From: Candidatus Micrarchaeia archaeon
Lineage (GTDB): Archaea > Micrarchaeota > Micrarchaeia > CABMEP01
NCBI GenBank assembly: GCA_038881595.1
Contig: JAVZPM010000001.1
Span: forward strand, 19,562 to 83,561
Reading direction: 5' to 3'
DNA: 64,000 nucleotides
Position numbers and translations under genes: made by a program. Shown here in pieces: positions 21,674 to 30,659 of the stretch. The notes under the pieces were generated by a model. That model did no database searches and was not told the origin of the DNA. It was given only the letters and a program-made list of their open reading frames with translations. The stretch's first letter is position 1; each line of letters opens with the position of its first letter.

Positions 21674-24652
21674 ATGACAACAGATAATGAAAGCAAAATA
21701 TTGGAATTTTGGAATGAGAATAATATTTATAAGAAGGCAAAGGAAATCAGAAAAAATGGAAAGAAGTTTTATCTATGTGATGGACCACCTTTTGCAACTG
21801 GAGGAATACATATAGGTACTGCATGGAATAAGGCATTGAAGGATGCATTCTGCAGATATAAAATGCTTCAAGGTTATGATGTTTATGTTAGAGCTGGATA
21901 TGACACACATGGATTGCCAATAGAAACACAAGTTGAAAAGGAATTAGGTATAAAGGAAAAGAAAGAAATAGAAAATAAGGTGGGGATAGACAAATTCGTT
22001 AAGAGATGCAAGGAATTATGCGAGAGATACATAAAACTAATGAACGAGCAGTTCATAAGGCTTGGAGTGTGGATGGATTTTGATGATCCGTATATAACAT
22101 ACAAGAATGAATATATTGAAAAGAGTTGGAAGACATTCAAAACCGCATATGAAAAAGGCCTGCTTTACAATGATCTTAGAGTTAACGCTCACTGTCCACG
22201 ATGTCAGACAACCATGGCAAACTACGAATTAGAATATCATGAAATGGTTGATCCTTCAATATTCGTAAAATTCAAGGTTGTTGGAAAAGAAAACACCTAT
22301 CTTGTCATATGGACAACCACTCCATGGACTTTGGTAAGTAATATTGCAGTGATGGCAAATCCTTTGATAAAATATGTAGTTGCAAAGGTAGGGGATGAGG
22401 AATGGATTTTTGCAAAGGACAGACTCCAGGCAGTTGAAGAGGCTGCTGGTGAATCATTCATTATTACACGTGAATTTAGCGGAAAAGAGCTTGTAGATTA
22501 CAAATATGAACATCCTTTAAAAGAAGAAACTGGAAGAATCAATCCACAGCCTGTTGTAATGAGTGATGAATTCGTAACAACTGAAGATGGAAGTGGATTG
22601 GTGCATTGTGCTCCTGGACATGGACCTGAAGACTACATAATAGGAAAAAGATATGGACTTGAGATTTTCTGTCCAGTTGGATCTGATGGAAAGTATACTG
22701 AAGAGGCTGGAATATTTAAAGGAAAGAACGTACTTGAAGTTAATGACGAGATAATTAAAATTCTAAAAGAAAAAGGAAGCTTAATCCAGGCAGGAAAGAT
22801 AAGACACAGCTATCCTTGCTGCTGGAGATGCAAGACAAAACTCATTCATCTCTCATCAAAGCAGTGGTTCATTAAGATAACAGAAGAAAAAGAAAAAATG
22901 TTGTCAGAACTTACAAAGGTTGTCTGGATGCCTGACTTTGCAGGAAAGTGGATGAGTAATTTCGTAGAGGATGCAAAGGACTGGTGCGTATCCAGACAGA
23001 GATACTGGGGAATACCGTTGCCAATATGGAAATGTGAAAACCCTGAATGTAACGAGCTCAAGGTGATAGGATCTGCAACTGAGCTCGGACAAAATCTCAA
23101 GGATTATCACAGGCCGGAAATAGATAAAATAGAGTTTGAGTGTCCTAAATGCAAATCAAAAATGAAAAGAGTGCCGGATGTATTAGATGTCTGGTTTGAT
23201 TCTGGTAATGCAATCTGGGCAGGATTGAGAAATGGAGAAGAAAATTACTATCCCTCAGATATGATCATAGAAGGAAAGGATCAGATAAGAGGATGGTTCT
23301 ACTCATTACTGGGTTCAGGAGTGGTTTTAAATAATGAAATTCCTTACGAATCACTGATAATGCATGGATATGTGGTTGATGAAAAAGGAAACGCAATGCA
23401 CAAGTCATTAGGAAACTATGTTCCCTGGGAAGAAGTAATATCAAAATATCCTGCAGATGCAGTAAGGTTGATGGCGCTCAGCAATACAACATGGGATGAC
23501 CTCAAGTTTAATTGGAATGAAATGAATGAGGCAAAGAATGAATTAATGATAATAAACAACATGGCTACATTTATAGAAAGATTTTACAAACCTATAGAGA
23601 AAAGGCAAGAAAGCACGATGGTAGAAGATTTATGGTTGGAATCAAAAACAAATTCTCTGATAAAAGAAGTAACAGAACATATGGAGAAAGGAGAGAGCTT
23701 CCTTGCTCTAAGAAAGATAAGGAACTTCCTTATTCAGGATGTAAGCAGGTTCTACATGAAACTGATAAAGAAAAGAGAGGACATATCCTGTCTCTACGAT
23801 TCTTTCTTCAAGGCAATTCTTCTTGCAAGTCCATTCATACCATTCACTGCTGAATCCATCTACCAAAGAATATATGCAAAAGACAAGAAAGAAAAAAGTA
23901 TATTCTTCCATGAATGGCCAAAGGTAGAAGAAAATAAGATAGATAAAGAACTTGAAAACCAAATAGAGATAGCTAAAGAGATGGCTGAAATCTGTAATTC
24001 AATGAGGGCTTCTGCAAACGTAAAGCTGAGATGGCCTCTGGAAGAAGCAGTGATAGTAAGCAGGAGCATAGAAACTGCAAATGCAATAAAGAATGTTGAC
24101 AAAATAATAAGAATGCTTGCAAACCTTAAGCACGTTAAAATTGACGATAAAACAAGGTTTGCAATTTCGAATGACATACAAAACGAACTAGACCAAAAAG
24201 CAATAGAAAAGATAACTGAGCTGAAATCTAAAGACGAAGCCGCCTTCCTAAAAGGCATGATTGAGATTGGAGAAAAGAAAATTGATTTCAGCAAGTACAT
24301 AACAATCGATGGAGCAGAAAAAATGAAGGAATATCAGATTAAGCCTTCACCTTACGGAGTTATATTGCTAAAGACAACGGTAGATAAAGAACTAAGAGCT
24401 GAAGGAATAATGAGCGAAGTGAGGAGAAGAATCCAATCAATGAGGAAAGAAATGAATCTGATTGAAAAAGATAAAATAGAGGTATATATCAAGGGATCGG
24501 ACGATATGGAAACGCTTATCAAAGAACACAGCACTCAGATACTGGGAGAAATCAATGCAAATGAAATCAAAATCGGAACTGGTGGAAAACTGAAAAGGAG
24601 CTGGGACATAGAAGACGAAAAAGTAACGATTGGAATAACCCAAATTGAATGA
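21674..24652 (+). CDS. ileS: Isoleucine-tRNA ligase
   Basis: DGPPFATG.IHIGT, WTTTPWTL, WCVSRQRYWG, EGKDQIRGWF, AMHKS. Confidence 0.97.
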   Translation: MTTDNESKILEFWNENNIYKKAKEIRKNGKKFYLCDGPPFATGGIHIGTAWNKALKDAFCRYKMLQGYDVYVRAGYDTHGLPIETQVEKELGIKEKKEIENKVGIDKFVKRCKELCERYIKLMNEQFIRLGVWMDFDDPYITYKNEYIEKSWKTFKTAYEKGLLYNDLRVNAHCPRCQTTMANYELEYHEMVDPSIFVKFKVVGKENTYLVIWTTTPWTLVSNIAVMANPLIKYVVAKVGDEEWIFAKDRLQAVEEAAGESFIITREFSGKELVDYKYEHPLKEETGRINPQPVVMSDEFVTTEDGSGLVHCAPGHGPEDYIIGKRYGLEIFCPVGSDGKYTEEAGIFKGKNVLEVNDEIIKILKEKGSLIQAGKIRHSYPCCWRCKTKLIHLSSKQWFIKITEEKEKMLSELTKVVWMPDFAGKWMSNFVEDAKDWCVSRQRYWGIPLPIWKCENPECNELKVIGSATELGQNLKDYHRPEIDKIEFECPKCKSKMKRVPDVLDVWFDSGNAIWAGLRNGEENYYPSDMIIEGKDQIRGWFYSLLGSGVVLNNEIPYESLIMHGYVVDEKGNAMHKSLGNYVPWEEVISKYPADAVRLMALSNTTWDDLKFNWNEMNEAKNELMIINNMATFIERFYKPIEKRQESTMVEDLWLESKTNSLIKEVTEHMEKGESFLALRKIRNFLIQDVSRFYMKLIKKREDISCLYDSFFKAILLASPFIPFTAESIYQRIYAKDKKEKSIFFHEWPKVEENKIDKELENQIEIAKEMAEICNSMRASANVKLRWPLEEAVIVSRSIETANAIKNVDKIIRMLANLKHVKIDDKTRFAISNDIQNELDQKAIEKITELKSKDEAAFLKGMIEIGEKKIDFSKYITIDGAEKMKEYQIKPSPYGVILLKTTVDKELRAEGIMSEVRRRIQSMRKEMNLIEKDKIEVYIKGSDDMETLIKEHSTQILGEINANEIKIGTGGKLKRSWDIEDEKVTIGITQIE

Positions 24653-24721
24653 AGATGCACGTGAATGGTGCTGTGAAATGAAGTAAAATAATTTTCATTA
24701 CTTTTTTTATTATGTGATTCA

Positions 24722-25597
24722 ATGAAGATAGGTTATCCATGCATAAACAACAGTATTGGTTGTACTGCTAATTCCACATTTAGGCTTGCAAATTATTCAG
24801 AAGAAAACATGAAGGAAAAGATATCCAACAATCTTTCCTGCCTTAAAAAAATACTGGAATATAATGTAAAAAATGAATTGCTTTTTTTCAGAATAAGTTC
24901 AGATATTGTGCCGTTTGCTAGCCACCCGATATGTAAATTTGATTGGCAGAAATATTTTTCAAAAGAATTTAAAGCGATTGGAAAATATATCAAAGAAAAA
25001 AACATTAGAATATCAATGCATCCTGATCAATTTGTCTTGATAAATGCAAAGGACAAAAGAATAATAGAAAGCAGCATTAGAGAATTGAATTATCATTGTG
25101 ATGTACTTGACCTAATGGGGCTTGATAGTACTGCAAAAGTGCAAATACATGTCGGAGGCGTATATGGAAATAAGGAAGAATCTATTCAAAGATTCATTGA
25201 AAACTACAAAAAATTACCGAATAAAATAAAGAAAAGGCTTGTTATAGAGAACGATGAAAGAAATTATTCTTTAAAGGATTGCGTTGCTATATATCAAGAG
25301 ACAGGAATTCCTGTTCTTTTTGACTCTTTCCACCATCTCTGTTTTAACAACGGTGAAACAAGAAGAAAAGGTGTAGAAATTGCAATGGAAACTTGGAAGG
25401 AAAAAGATGGAATATTAATGACAGATTATAGTTCACAAGAAAAAAATGCAAAGATAGGAACTCACGCTAGGCACATAGATATAAATGACTTTAAAAGATA
25501 TATAGAAGAAACAAAAAACTTAGATTTTGATATAATGTTAGAAATAAAAGATAAAGAAAAAAGTGCGCTAAAAGCAAAAAAATTGATCTATTATTAA
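24722..25597 (+). CDS. uvsE: UV DNA damage endonuclease
   Basis: RISSDIVPFASHP, SMHPDQF, IENDE, DIMLEIKDKE. Confidence 0.93.
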   Translation: MKIGYPCINNSIGCTANSTFRLANYSEENMKEKISNNLSCLKKILEYNVKNELLFFRISSDIVPFASHPICKFDWQKYFSKEFKAIGKYIKEKNIRISMHPDQFVLINAKDKRIIESSIRELNYHCDVLDLMGLDSTAKVQIHVGGVYGNKEESIQRFIENYKKLPNKIKKRLVIENDERNYSLKDCVAIYQETGIPVLFDSFHHLCFNNGETRRKGVEIAMETWKEKDGILMTDYSSQEKNAKIGTHARHIDINDFKRYIEETKNLDFDIMLEIKDKEKSALKAKKLIYY

Positions 25598-25604
25598 TTA
25601 ATTC

Positions 25605-25784
25605 TTACATTGACTTGAATTTGCTTCTCTTTTCCATATCTCCCCAGCAATCCTTGCAGATCACTACGTGCTTATTCTTCTGTGGTCTTTTCGAGGACTT
25701 TGTGCAATCCTGGCATATCTTTCTTCCACAGAATGGATCTAATTCAGCATAGTGTACTTCTTTTTTGCATCTTTCACAAAGCAT
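25605..25784 (-). CDS. 59-aa Cys-rich zinc-finger microprotein
   Basis: Not in ORF track; MLCERCKKEVHYAELDPFCGRKICQDCTKSSKRPQKNKHVVICKDCWGDMEKRSKFKSM; GGTGAT RBS. Confidence 0.8.
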   Translation of the reverse strand: MLCERCKKEVHYAELDPFCGRKICQDCTKSSKRPQKNKHVVICKDCWGDMEKRSKFKSM

Positions 25785-25995
25785 TTAATCACCATTAATC
25801 GAGCATATCCATCTTTACGTTTATATTAGATAAAAAGATAAGAATATATAGTAAGATGAAATTATAAAACCTTTGTTTTGATGGTTTTAATCGCAATTAA
25901 ATCTTAAAGACCCATCATTTTTATATTTTGTGTATCATATAACTATCACTATAATAGACTCTGTTTTCTCCTATCAAGAAACTAAGGCGACCATT

Positions 25996-26685
25996 ATGAA
26001 AGAAATCTCAAAGATAGCTAAGTCATTCACATGCGAATGCGGAACAGTCAATAAGTTTGAATTCGAAACAGATTTCGATGTCCATGATATAAGAATGGCG
26101 GTAAAGTGCCAAGCGTGCGGAAGGGAAAGAACAATAGAGTTGATGAATTTCTTCAGAAAACATCCAACATTCATACAGCCAATAATTCAATCTGAATATC
26201 CAAACCAAAATGTTGATGTTGTTGATCCCGTAGCACAGCAAAATCAATTTCTAGCAAACATAGCCCAAAATCAACAAGATAATCAGGCTCAGTCAATTTC
26301 CAATGATGCATTTTCTGAAGCAATGCCATTGGGTATTCTGCAGGAAAACCAATCTAATAATCAATCCAGTCCAATGAATATGTTCGATTCTGATAGTGCA
26401 GCGGATATATTGGGCAACAAACCTAGCGATCCTTCAATTAAGCAGGTTGATGCTCAAGAAAAACCAGCTCAAAGCATATACGCTGGGCTTTTGGACCTAA
26501 ATTTGATTAAAGAAGATGATGGAATATATGAACCATTTAAAAAGGAAGAACCCAATTATGGAAATGAGATCCCTAGTAATGGAATAATAATTGATAATCA
26601 AGAAAATGTAGTTGGAAAATATAGAGAAAAAAGTAAAGAAAAAGACGACGAAGAAACATTCTCTGCCTTGTTTGGTAACCTTTAA
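25996..26685 (+). CDS. Hypothetical protein: N-terminal Zn ribbon, low-complexity Gln/Asn/acidic tail
   Basis: CECG..CQACG, then disordered-looking sequence. Confidence 0.65.
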   Translation: MKEISKIAKSFTCECGTVNKFEFETDFDVHDIRMAVKCQACGRERTIELMNFFRKHPTFIQPIIQSEYPNQNVDVVDPVAQQNQFLANIAQNQQDNQAQSISNDAFSEAMPLGILQENQSNNQSSPMNMFDSDSAADILGNKPSDPSIKQVDAQEKPAQSIYAGLLDLNLIKEDDGIYEPFKKEEPNYGNEIPSNGIIIDNQENVVGKYREKSKEKDDEETFSALFGNL

Positions 26686-27028
26686 ACAATATCACTCTGA
26701 AGAAATCCTCTAAATTATTATTAATGTAAATTATTGATGATCATGCCGATAGGCAAAGTTATATGCCAGAATATGCAAGAGGCAGGATGAATTATATATT
26801 AATTTCCATTTAGTAAAGAACATAGGATTTCTACAAGCCCAATAAAGTAACATTTAAATATAAATAAACTATATTATTATAATATAAAGAAAAACCATAT
26901 TATATGATAATAAAGAACTTAAATCGAGTAATCATTAGAAACCAATACAAGGCTTGTTTTAAGATGATGTATAGATATTACAAATATTAATTGATTCTTA
27001 CTTATTAATTAATAAGGAGGTGAAAGCT

Positions 27029-27241
27029 ATGTCCAACATAAATAAAAAACAACCTACAAAATGTCCATACTTTAGTAATAAATTAATAATAAATACTTTA
27101 GGACTTAAAAGAAATGGGAAAGTTATAAATGAATTTTACTATAAGTGTACATTAACTGAAGATATTATGTGTGAGAGAAGTACAAATTTATTGTTTCCTT
27201 TACTAGGAAGTAAAAGAATTTGCATTATAAAAGAAAGATAA
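27029..27241 (+). CDS. Small basic Cys-containing hypothetical protein
   Basis: Strong AAGGAGGTGA RBS before ATG 27029; 70 aa, 4 Cys. Confidence 0.55.
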   Translation: MSNINKKQPTKCPYFSNKLIINTLGLKRNGKVINEFYYKCTLTEDIMCERSTNLLFPLLGSKRICIIKER

Positions 27242-27559
27242 TAGATCTTTAAAATTAAATAACCATTCTTTTCTATATTTTTTCTAATTTTAAACCTTAC
27301 TGAATATTGATATGAATGAATCTGCAATTCTCTCTAATATACAAGAGAGATTCCCATCTTCTGGCTTCTTTATTTTTTTACTAAGTTCTTGTTTACCATT
27401 ATAGCTGTGTATCGTTCATCTGATGTAAACTTTCGTATTTGAGAATCTCTAATTTTTACTGATTTAAATCATTCAATTGACTAATCGTTTAATTAAAAAG
27501 TTAACAAGAATATTGTATAATTTTATCTATCTATTTAGTCTCCTATTTTTATTCTTAGT

Positions 27560-28797
27560 TCTCACATCCATCATTGTATGATTTTAGACGAAGCGTATTG
27601 TTATTTGCTTAATTTGAATAATTTCGAGTTCACATCCATCATTGTATGATTTTAGACATTCTGAATAACTTCTATCATCTTTTCTTTAAGCGCGTTCACA
27701 TCCATCATTGTATGATTTTAGACAATTTTAATCATTATCAATCAGGTCAATATTCTAGTTGTTCACATCCATCATTGTATGATTTTAGACTATGTGATCT
27801 GCTCGCTTAACGGCTTTCCTTCTGCGGGTTCACATCCATCATTGTATGATTTTAGACGCACTCTCTCTAAAGAGCAGAAGTTTGCAGGTGATGGTTCACA
27901 TCCATCATTGTATGATTTTAGACGATCCATTTCTCCACTCAAATCCATTCGCCTCGCCTGATCGTTCACATCCATCATTGTATGATTTTAGACTTGACGC
28001 CTTAGGATATTCATTGTGTCGACCTCTGTTGTTCACATCCATCATTGTATGATTTTAGACTTGCTGTATTTCTTCTAAATAAGACATTTTACAAGCGTTC
28101 ACATCCATCATTGTATGATTTTAGACTTTTATTCCACATCCTCATTTGACCGCCCTCTCTAAAAAGTTCACATCCATCATTGTATGATTTTAGACCCATC
28201 CGTCTTTAAGATTAAACACTTTCTCATTCCTGTTCACATCCATCATTGTATGATTTTAGACAACTGACGTTATCTTTTCTGCTATCAGATATAAAGTGTT
28301 CACATCCATCATTGTATGATTTTAGACTCTCTCATAACTGATGGGTAAAGACTATTAAAATCGGTTCACATCCATCATTGTATGATTTTAGACAAGCATT
28401 AGGACTTAACTCTTCCCACATGTTATCAAGTTCACATCCATCATTGTATGATTTTAGACGAACCTCAGAAAAACGAAAACCACTGCAAAGGATAGTCTTG
28501 TTCACATCCATCATTGTATGATTTTAGACAATTGAGTTTGAGGGATTGATTGCGCAACTTGAGTAGTTCACATCCATCATTGTATGATTTTAGACCCGGT
28601 TGCATCACCTGTATTATCAGTGTTCCAATCATTCTGTTCACATCCATCATTGTATGATTTTAGACGTTTCCTTGTATAGAAGATATTTGTGAGTTGATTG
28701 GGTTCACATCCATCATTGTATGATTTTAGACATGAGATTTCTGTGCTTAAAAAGCTTAAATTAGCTCGTTCACATCCATCATTGTATGATTTTAGAC
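27560..28797 (-). CRISPR. CRISPR array, 19 repeats / 18 spacers; repeat GTCTAAAATCATACAATGATGGATGTGAAC (minus strand)
   Basis: 30-bp repeat gttcacatccatcattgtatgattttagac counted 19 times; spacers 36-40 bp; degenerate terminal repeat at 27560-27589 and leader on the cas2 side give the orientation. Confidence 0.98.
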
Positions 28798-28902
28798 CTG
28801 AAACTACATCGAATAAGAATTTTAATTAATTATTATAATTTTAATACAAATTAACTTTTTTTAAAGTATTTAAAAAGGTTTGTAACACTGTCTATACTAG
28901 AT
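28798..28902 (-). promoter_or_regulatory. CRISPR leader with putative BRE/TATA
   Basis: AT-rich non-coding gap between cas2 and first repeat; minus-strand AAACCTTTTTAAATA at about 28867-28881. Confidence 0.7.
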
Positions 28903-29166
28903 TTAAATAATATTAGATCTTTCTATATTTCTGCCAAAAACTAAATTTCTAATATTCGAGTATATTGGAACAATGAAAACCACTACTGAATCGTTTCCCT
29001 CATAATCGAAATCCTTTAGAAATAATTCAATTTCTTTCAATTGTGAAGGATTTAAATTTCCATGGAAAACTGAAAATTGAATGTGATTTAGAAATCTCCT
29101 CAAAAAATTTCTTATTTTAAGTTGCTTTTTTACTTCGGTTATATCATAAACAACAATTACATACAT
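28903..29166 (-). CDS. cas2: CRISPR-associated endoribonuclease Cas2
   Basis: MYVIVVYDI, LNHIQFSVF.G. Confidence 0.95.
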   Translation of the reverse strand: MYVIVVYDITEVKKQLKIRNFLRRFLNHIQFSVFHGNLNPSQLKEIELFLKDFDYEGNDSVVVFIVPIYSNIRNLVFGRNIERSNII

Positions 29167-29167
29167 T

Positions 29168-30124
29168 TTACCACCAGGCCTTCAAAGGTTTATATTCAGA
29201 AATGTCTAAAAGGTCTTTCTCTATCTTATATAGCTCTAGTCTAATTAATTCACGTATTGAAAATAATCTATTGCTTTTACCTTTAACCGATTTCTTAATT
29301 TCATCATCGAATTCCTTAATTATTTTTTTAATACCGATTTTGCTTAAAAATACACCATCATTCGACTCGAAATCTAAAATAGGATCTAACATTTTCAAGT
29401 TAACCATCTTTATTAGAAGTCTTTCTGAAAGTAAAGGTTTGAATATTTCACTCACATCTAACGATAGTGAAAAACGCCTTTCAAAAGGTTCATGTAAAAA
29501 AGATATAGCTGGATTTAGATGTGTATGATATACTTCAGATAAAACTGTTGAATAGACTATAGAATTAAGAAAACTTATGATTGCATTTCCTCTATTTGAA
29601 GGTGGGTTTATTTCTCTTCTGGTTATTTTAAATGAATCATCTAGTCTTTCATCAATTAATGAGTAAAACTTCTTTCTTACTAATCCTTCTTTTTGCATTA
29701 ATGATTCTATAGTATCTGAAGACGATATATCTGGTTTATTTATTTCACCTAAATTAAATCTCCTACAAATCCAATCAATATTATTAATAGCACCTTCCAC
29801 AAATTTAGAAGCAAACTTTAATCTACTTTTGTCATCAAGATATCTTTTAACCTGTCTTACTACTAGATCACCAGAGATATAATGTTCTTTTGGGTAGAAA
29901 GAACCAATATAATCTCCTCTTTTTCCAAAGAAATTAACTATTATTTTCCTTTTTTGAAATTCTTTTAGAACTTTTGTAGAAATAGAACCTGAACCAATAA
30001 AATAAAGAGAGTATATATTTTCAATTGGTATATCAACTTTTCTTTCTTTATTAATAAAATAAACTGTTGTATTTTTCATCAAAATTTTCCCATCATCAAC
30101 AATGTAATAATTATCCAAACTCAT
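29168..30124 (-). CDS. cas1: CRISPR-associated endonuclease Cas1 (type I-B-like)
   Basis: NAIISFLN, ISFLHEP..RRFSLSLDVSEIFKP; ATG 30124 with GGGGTGA RBS. Confidence 0.95.
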   Translation of the reverse strand: MSLDNYYIVDDGKILMKNTTVYFINKERKVDIPIENIYSLYFIGSGSISTKVLKEFQKRKIIVNFFGKRGDYIGSFYPKEHYISGDLVVRQVKRYLDDKSRLKFASKFVEGAINNIDWICRRFNLGEINKPDISSSDTIESLMQKEGLVRKKFYSLIDERLDDSFKITRREINPPSNRGNAIISFLNSIVYSTVLSEVYHTHLNPAISFLHEPFERRFSLSLDVSEIFKPLLSERLLIKMVNLKMLDPILDFESNDGVFLSKIGIKKIIKEFDDEIKKSVKGKSNRLFSIRELIRLELYKIEKDLLDISEYKPLKAWW

Positions 30125-30659
30125 AAGCGTCACCCCAACAGAATAATCTATAACCGCACTTTTTGCAAGTAGGTATTTTGACTGGTTTTGGTGGAAACTT
30201 AGACTTTTTAATTTGGTGGATTTCATTTATAGTCGAATCTATATCATTAAAGTCTTCACTTGAAAGAGAAACAAAAATACGTTTTCCTGGTGAGATCAAG
30301 ATACCTTGAACTTCTGTATCTGTTTGCTTCTTTAAGGAATAAAGATAAAATTTTAATTGTTTTATGTGTGAATCTTTAATAGCGCTTTTTTTATATTCGT
30401 ATATCACATATCTATTATTTAACTTGACTACATCAAATTTAGACCTAAATAGAGGCCTTTCTTTCCTCTCTGATTTATACTTGATTTCATGAACTAATCT
30501 CCCAATCTTTACATTTTCATCTTCATCTGACTTTATTAATGAGTGAGAAAGATACCATAGTTGTGTTTTACAAACGAAAAAATAATTAAATTCAGTTCCA
30601 CTTACATCATCGTATTTAATTTCACCTTTCATCATACTATCATTTATCAGAATTTTCAT
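30111..30659 (-). CDS. cas4: CRISPR-associated exonuclease Cas4
   Basis: CKTQLW, GRLVHE, D..EYK, CKKCGYRLFC Fe-S cysteines. Confidence 0.93.
   Translation of the reverse strand: MKILINDSMMKGEIKYDDVSGTEFNYFFVCKTQLWYLSHSLIKSDEDENVKIGRLVHEIKYKSERKERPLFRSKFDVVKLNNRYVIYEYKKSAIKDSHIKQLKFYLYSLKKQTDTEVQGILISPGKRIFVSLSSEDFNDIDSTINEIHQIKKSKFPPKPVKIPTCKKCGYRLFCWGDAYEFG

Noticed and set aside
26733..26792. Possible box C/D sRNA (TGATGA..CCGA..ATGA)
   Set aside because: Box spacing is poor and no guide target was identified
27405..27485. Repeat-like fragments (tgatgtaaac, ttaaatcattcaatt) suggesting a CreA-like mini-array or anti-repeat
   Set aside because: Short, AT-rich, opposite orientation to the array and not arranged as repeat-spacer-repeat
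27658..27693. Spacer sharing attctgaataa with cas3 near 30780 (possible self-targeting)
   Set aside because: Only an 11-nt AT-rich match; no convincing protospacer seen in the window by eye
27779..28650. Short ORFs with repeated LKSYNDGCE or HPSLYDFR peptides
   Set aside because: They are translations of the CRISPR repeats
30125..30226. Long N-terminal extension of Cas1
   Set aside because: Overlaps cas4; the RBS supports ATG 30124
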